A stretch of 64,000 nt of DNA from Eledone cirrhosa (Eukaryota): contig CAXHJY010000414.1 in assembly GCA_964016885.1 (NCBI GenBank), positions 1-64,000 of the forward strand, read 5' to 3'. Shown one piece after another: positions 58,803-64,000 of the stretch. Position numbers and translations under genes: made by a program. Numbering within the stretch: position 1 is the stretch's first letter; the number at the start of each line of letters is the position of its first letter. The notes below the pieces were generated by a model. It worked only from the letters and a program-made list of their open reading frames with translations. It was not told the origin of the DNA and searched no databases.

Positions 58803-59373
58803 GGTGGCTGCCAACTCGTCTTCGTGTACGGCCACTACTTTATATCCATGTAGGAGAACACCTACCGATGCGCTAAACAAGTGTGACTTTTTAGTCCAGC
58901 CAGCGACTTGAAAACTCTGGTACAAACACTACACTTGTGACAATTATTGACACATAGTGCTGGGCCCATGGTACCATGTGATGACAAGTGCAGAGAGATC
59001 TCCAGATATAAAGCAATGCATGTGCCGTGAAGCTTTTATAGTGAGCAAAGGCACTGCACAAAGCCAGTCCCACTCTCTTAACCAAGATGATATTTACCAA
59101 AAAGAAGAACAAGTCAACATCATTGGATACCATCAGAGTTGCAGGTGTTATATCAGAGTTTTCCTTCTCCTAGAATTCTGCCTTGACAAAGGCTAAGGGT
59201 CATCTCTCCCGGTGATTTTGGATGGCCATTGACTCTTAAGAGCTCCTTTGCCCTTTGACAGGTTTTGTTTTTAGTCCTGCAGAATGTCCAAAGTCACCCT
59301 CCTCACCAAGAAACCTTGGTGGGGTTGCCAGTTTAGTCGCCAACGACCCGACCATGAGACAGGTTGTGCTGGG
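58803..59373 (-). mobile_element. ~570-bp non-autonomous element resembling an RTE 5' region (copy 1)
   Basis: Minus TCTAGGAGAAGGAAAACTCTGA motif (recalled from RTE-type 5' UTRs); (TATG)n tail; close second copy at 63594. Confidence 0.6.
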
Positions 59374-60021
59374 ATACATACATATATATACATACATACA
59401 TATATATATATATACATACATATATACATACATATATATATATACATACATATATACATACATATATATATACACACATATATACATACATATATATATA
59501 CACACATATATACATACATATATATATATACATACATATATATATATATACATATATATACATATATATATATACATATATATATACATATATATATATA
59601 CATACATATATACATATATATATATACATACATATATATATACATATATACATACATATATATATATACATATATATATATACATATATATATATACATA
59701 CATATATATATATATACATACATATATATATATATACATACATATATATATATACATACATATATATATATACATACATATATATATATACATATATATA
59801 CATACATATATATATATACATACATATATATATATACATACATATATATATATACATATATATACATACATATATACATACATATATACATATATATACA
59901 TACATATATATACACATATATACATACATATATACATACATATATACATATATATACATACATATATACATATATATACATACATATATATACATATATA
60001 TACATACATATATATATATAC

Positions 60022-60072
<51 letters not shown>

Positions 60073-60099
60073 CATATATATACATACATATATATATAC

Positions 60100-60152
<53 letters not shown>

Positions 60153-60153
60153 C

Positions 60154-60192
<39 letters not shown>

Positions 60193-60269
60193 CATATATA
60201 TACATACATATATATATACATATATATATACATATATATACATATATATATATATATATACATACATAC

Positions 60270-60300
<31 letters not shown>

Positions 60301-60319
60301 CATACATATATATATATAC

Positions 60320-60350
<31 letters not shown>

Positions 60351-60365
60351 CATATATATATATAC

Positions 60366-60398
<33 letters not shown>

Positions 60399-60407
60399 CA
60401 TATATAC

Positions 60408-60494
<87 letters not shown>

Positions 60495-60519
60495 CATATA
60501 TATATATACATATATAATT
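59374..60519. repeat. (TACA)n/(TA)n array
   Basis: Direct reading. Confidence 0.97.
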
Positions 60520-63298
60520 ATATTACAAAAAGACAACGCAGGAAAATTTAGATCAAATTAATAATGAGGGCCTCAAGACAGTTTTGGATCTGGGTCTTGA
60601 TAAGTATACCCAACCTTATTACTATAGGGAACCGAGATTCACACTTAAGGGCCATAAGGTGGACTTCTTAAGTAATCCTACTGTTAGACTTATCATTCCT
60701 TCTAAGTCTGATATAGCTATAATTAGTAAGAAAATTCTTGACCTGATTATACCCACCGTTAGAGAAAAGGTTCATTTTAATCTATGGGGGAACACTATGG
60801 ATGTTATTGATTGGTTCTCTGGTATAAATAAGCTTAAGTCTAGTAGGTTTATCCAGTTTGATATAGACACGTCGATTTCACCTATCCTCCTTAATAAAGT
60901 CCTAATTATGGCCATGCGACTAGTCTTACGCGTCCCCAGATTGATGTTATACTAGCCGCCCTAAGACTATCATCAAATTCGAGGATACACTTTGGACGCG
61001 TAAAAACACACCCAACAACTTTGACGTTACCATGGTTTCGAGTGATTCGGCGCAGGTAACTTATCTTGTTGGGCTGTACCTCTTGAACGAACTTTATGTT
61101 AGCTTTCCGCACCTTAAAGGTGGACTTTATCGTGACGATGCATTATTTGTAATAAACTCTAGTACTAATAGCATTAAACATAATAGGAAGAGGTTGTATA
61201 CATTTTTTTAAAATGTTAACCTTTCGATCGCGATTGATAGGAATGATAGAGTTGTTAACTTTTTAGATGTGACATTAAACTTGGTCACTAATAATTATAA
61301 ACCCTTCCACAAGCCTAATGAGACACTCTCTTACGTTAATCCTAATTCTAACCACCCTAAATCTATGATTAGTTCTATTATTAATGGTGTATCTAATAGA
61401 ATCTCCACACTCTCTAAGGATATAGGTGTAATTAATTCACATACTGAGTATTATAATAATGCCCTAGCTAACTCTGGTTACTCAGGTAGAATACACTATA
61501 AAGATGACTACCTTGGAATGACTCGGTTTACCAATAATAACGTAATATCCCATAACATGGCCTTGAATGGGAGAAGAAAATCTAGGAATCATAAAAATTT
61601 TATTGGTTCATCCAAACCGAACCATATGTATAACTACCACAATAATAATCGTAATAGTGAGTCTAGTGGTGCACTTTTTGAGATTAGTTCTAGTGAACAG
61701 GATAGGCGCTCTGAACGTTCACCCAGTGGTGATGTTTTAACGACTTCTAATAATGTTGATCCAACTGGTCCTAGTATTAACCCTAATCCTATTAATACGA
61801 TACGAGATAGAAATAGAAATACTAAAGGTAAGAATAGGAGGAGGCTCAATACTTACTTTAACCCGCCTTATAATCATGAAGTTTTAACTAATATCCCTAG
61901 ATCTTTCTTTTCTATTTTAGAGAAAAATTTCCCTCCTACTAATAAATACCATAGTATCTTTAATAAGAATGTAATTAAACTCTCCTTCTCTACCACCCCT
62001 AATATTAATTCTCATCTAGCTAGCACTAATAATAGGAAAATTAGGGACAGCTACTGCTCTTTGCGTACCACTAATCTAGATAGTTCTATCAACAACTTAC
62101 CACCCGAGCAGATCTTATCTTCTAATAACCCTAGAAATAATGCATCGCGTAATCAGCTAATCACTAATACCCGGAAGTGTAACTGTAGATTAAGTAATAA
62201 CTGCCCTTTGAATGGTCACTGCCTCTCTAGGAATATTGTTTATGCATGTGAAGTTAAGACAAATTCTTCTTGTAGAACATATATAGGCTCCACATCTAAT
62301 ACTTTTAAAACTAGGTTTAATTCACATATTTCTAATTTTAAGCATATCAAGTTTAGGAACTCTACTTCTTTAGCACACCATATCTGGGATTTAAAAGGGG
62401 CTGGTATACCATATAGCCTAAATTGGCGTATAGTAGCACACTCTAATCACCTCTCAACACACGCTAAATTCTGTAATCTTTGTATCCTAGAGACCCACTC
62501 TATAATTTTCTCTAGGAATGTATTACTTAATAGAACATCTGAAATTTGTTCTTCCTGTCCGCATGCTATTTCTAATTCCTTCTTCTATTATAGACCTAAA
62601 AGCTCCGGTAGTTTAAACCGTATCCATTAACTGCTATATTTCCTTATCTCTTTGGTTTTAGTTCATTATTATTACCATTATTGGTTTTCTACGTTTGTTC
62701 AATTTAGTTTTAGTTTTCATAGTCTCTTTAGCTATCCTACCCTTTCTATCAACTTTACCATTATTACATTTTTACTTACCATTGTCGCCTTATAAGTTTC
62801 TATCTTTATTTTCATCCCTGGTTGGGATGAAAATAATATTATATTTAATATTATATATAAATTTATATATGGTCAATTTATATTGATTATATATAAATTT
62901 TTACCTTTATGCTCCTTCCTACCTCCTTAGTTCTACTTCTTTATGTTCCCATTGGTCTACCATAGTTTTATTTAGAGTTTTTTCCTTGATAACGTAATTC
63001 GTCTGGATGTATCGTAATATATCTTGATAGATATTTTAGCTTTCTTATTGAAATATCTTAATTTTATTCGATTTTGATGACTTAAACTTTATTCCATATG
63101 AAGTGACCCATAATGTCTTTTAAACAGTTTTAGTACTAATTAATTTAATAAGGTTTTCAATTTAATTCTTTGATCCAGAATACTAATATTATCTATATTT
63201 ACCTAGTGACTTGTAACGTCTGTGCCTGTTTTTGTTTTTGTTCTTCGTTTTATTTAATTTATTTTTTTTACACACTAGTCACACAGCAAACGCAACAC
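60520..63298 (+). mobile_element. 5'-truncated Naiad-type Penelope-like retroelement
   Basis: RT-GIY-YIG ORF, T-rich 3' UTR, TA flanks on both sides. Confidence 0.9.
60522..62630 (+). pseudogene. PLE RT - GIY-YIG ORF (frameshifted RT; open 453-aa C-terminal part)
   Basis: TLKGHK.DF..NP.VRLI.PSKSD, FIQFDI, FDVTM, GGLYRDDA, NFLDVTL, SNHP, YFNPPY, CNCR...CPLNGHC, YIGST.NTFKTR, HIWDLK, CNLC.LE, LLNRTSE..SCPH. Confidence 0.93.
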
Positions 63299-63325
63299 TA
63301 TACACACATATATACATATACATAA

Positions 63326-63384
<59 letters not shown>

Positions 63385-63557
63385 CATATATATATATATA
63401 TATACATATATATATACATACATATATATATATACATACATATATATATATATATACATACATATATATATATATATACATACATATATATATATACATA
63501 CATATATATATACATACATATATATATACATATATATATACATATATATATACATAC

Positions 63558-63590
<33 letters not shown>

Positions 63591-63593
63591 CAT

Positions 63594-64000
63594 GGTGGCT
63601 GCCAACTCGTTTTCGAGTACGGCCACTACTTTATATCCATGTAGGAGAACCGCTACCAATGCGCTGAACCAGCCAGCGACTTGAAAACTCTGGTACAAAC
63701 ACTACACCTGTGACAATTATTGACACATAGTGCTTGGCCCATGGTACCATGTAACGACAAGTGCAGAGAGATCTCCAGATATAAAGCAATGCCTGTGCCA
63801 TGAAGCTTTTATAGTGAGCAGAGGCACTGCACAAAGCCAGTCCCACTCTCTTAACCAAGATGATATTTACCAAAAGAAGAACAAGTCAACATCATTGGAT
63901 ACAATGAGCGTTGCAGGTGTTATATCAGAGTTTTCCTTCTCCTAGAATTCTGCCTTGACAAAGGCTAAGGGGTCATCTCTCCCGGTGATTTTGGATGGCC
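63594..64000 (-). mobile_element. Copy 2 of the 58803 element, runs off the window
   Basis: Colinear and highly similar to 58803-59228, with the same terminus GGTGGCTGCCAACTCG. Confidence 0.85.

Noticed and set aside
63074-63110. ATGA...AAA...TGA as a SECIS element or hammerhead in the Naiad 3' UTR
   Set aside because: Helix pairing is poor, there is no GAAA box, and the 453-aa ORF has no in-frame UGA.
58803-64000. Two similar repeats flanking the Naiad as LTRs
   Set aside because: No TG...CA ends, PBS or gag/integrase, and they are separated from the ORF by microsatellite; independent insertions are simpler.

Overview
AT-rich eukaryotic intergenic or intronic DNA, probably from an octopod cephalopod (inferred from the tRNA-derived SINEs). 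No host gene, rRNA, functional tRNA or CRISPR array is supported, and almost all long ORFs in the track are translations of (TA)n/(TACA)n microsatellites. The window is dominated by kilobase-scale interrupted (TA)n arrays that act as landing pads for Penelope-like retroelements (PLEs): four distinct Naiad-type copies, one Nematis-like copy, one weak Neptune-like remnant and several non-coding 3' stubs. About a dozen intact or degenerate type I hammerhead ribozyme (HHR) motifs can be read in these elements. Many insertions share one architecture: a main arm ending in (TA)n and an inverted fold-back arm that stops at an internal AT motif. The most striking signal is a short three-copy family whose fold-back centres fall on structural landmarks of a hammerhead, one exactly at the predicted GUC self-cleavage site. 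The window also holds a decayed RTE-clade LINE, two copies of an RTE-like non-autonomous element (one with a partial HDV-like motif), tRNA-SINEs, a probable non-autonomous Helitron and a minisatellite. All ribozyme and clade calls are by eye and untested.
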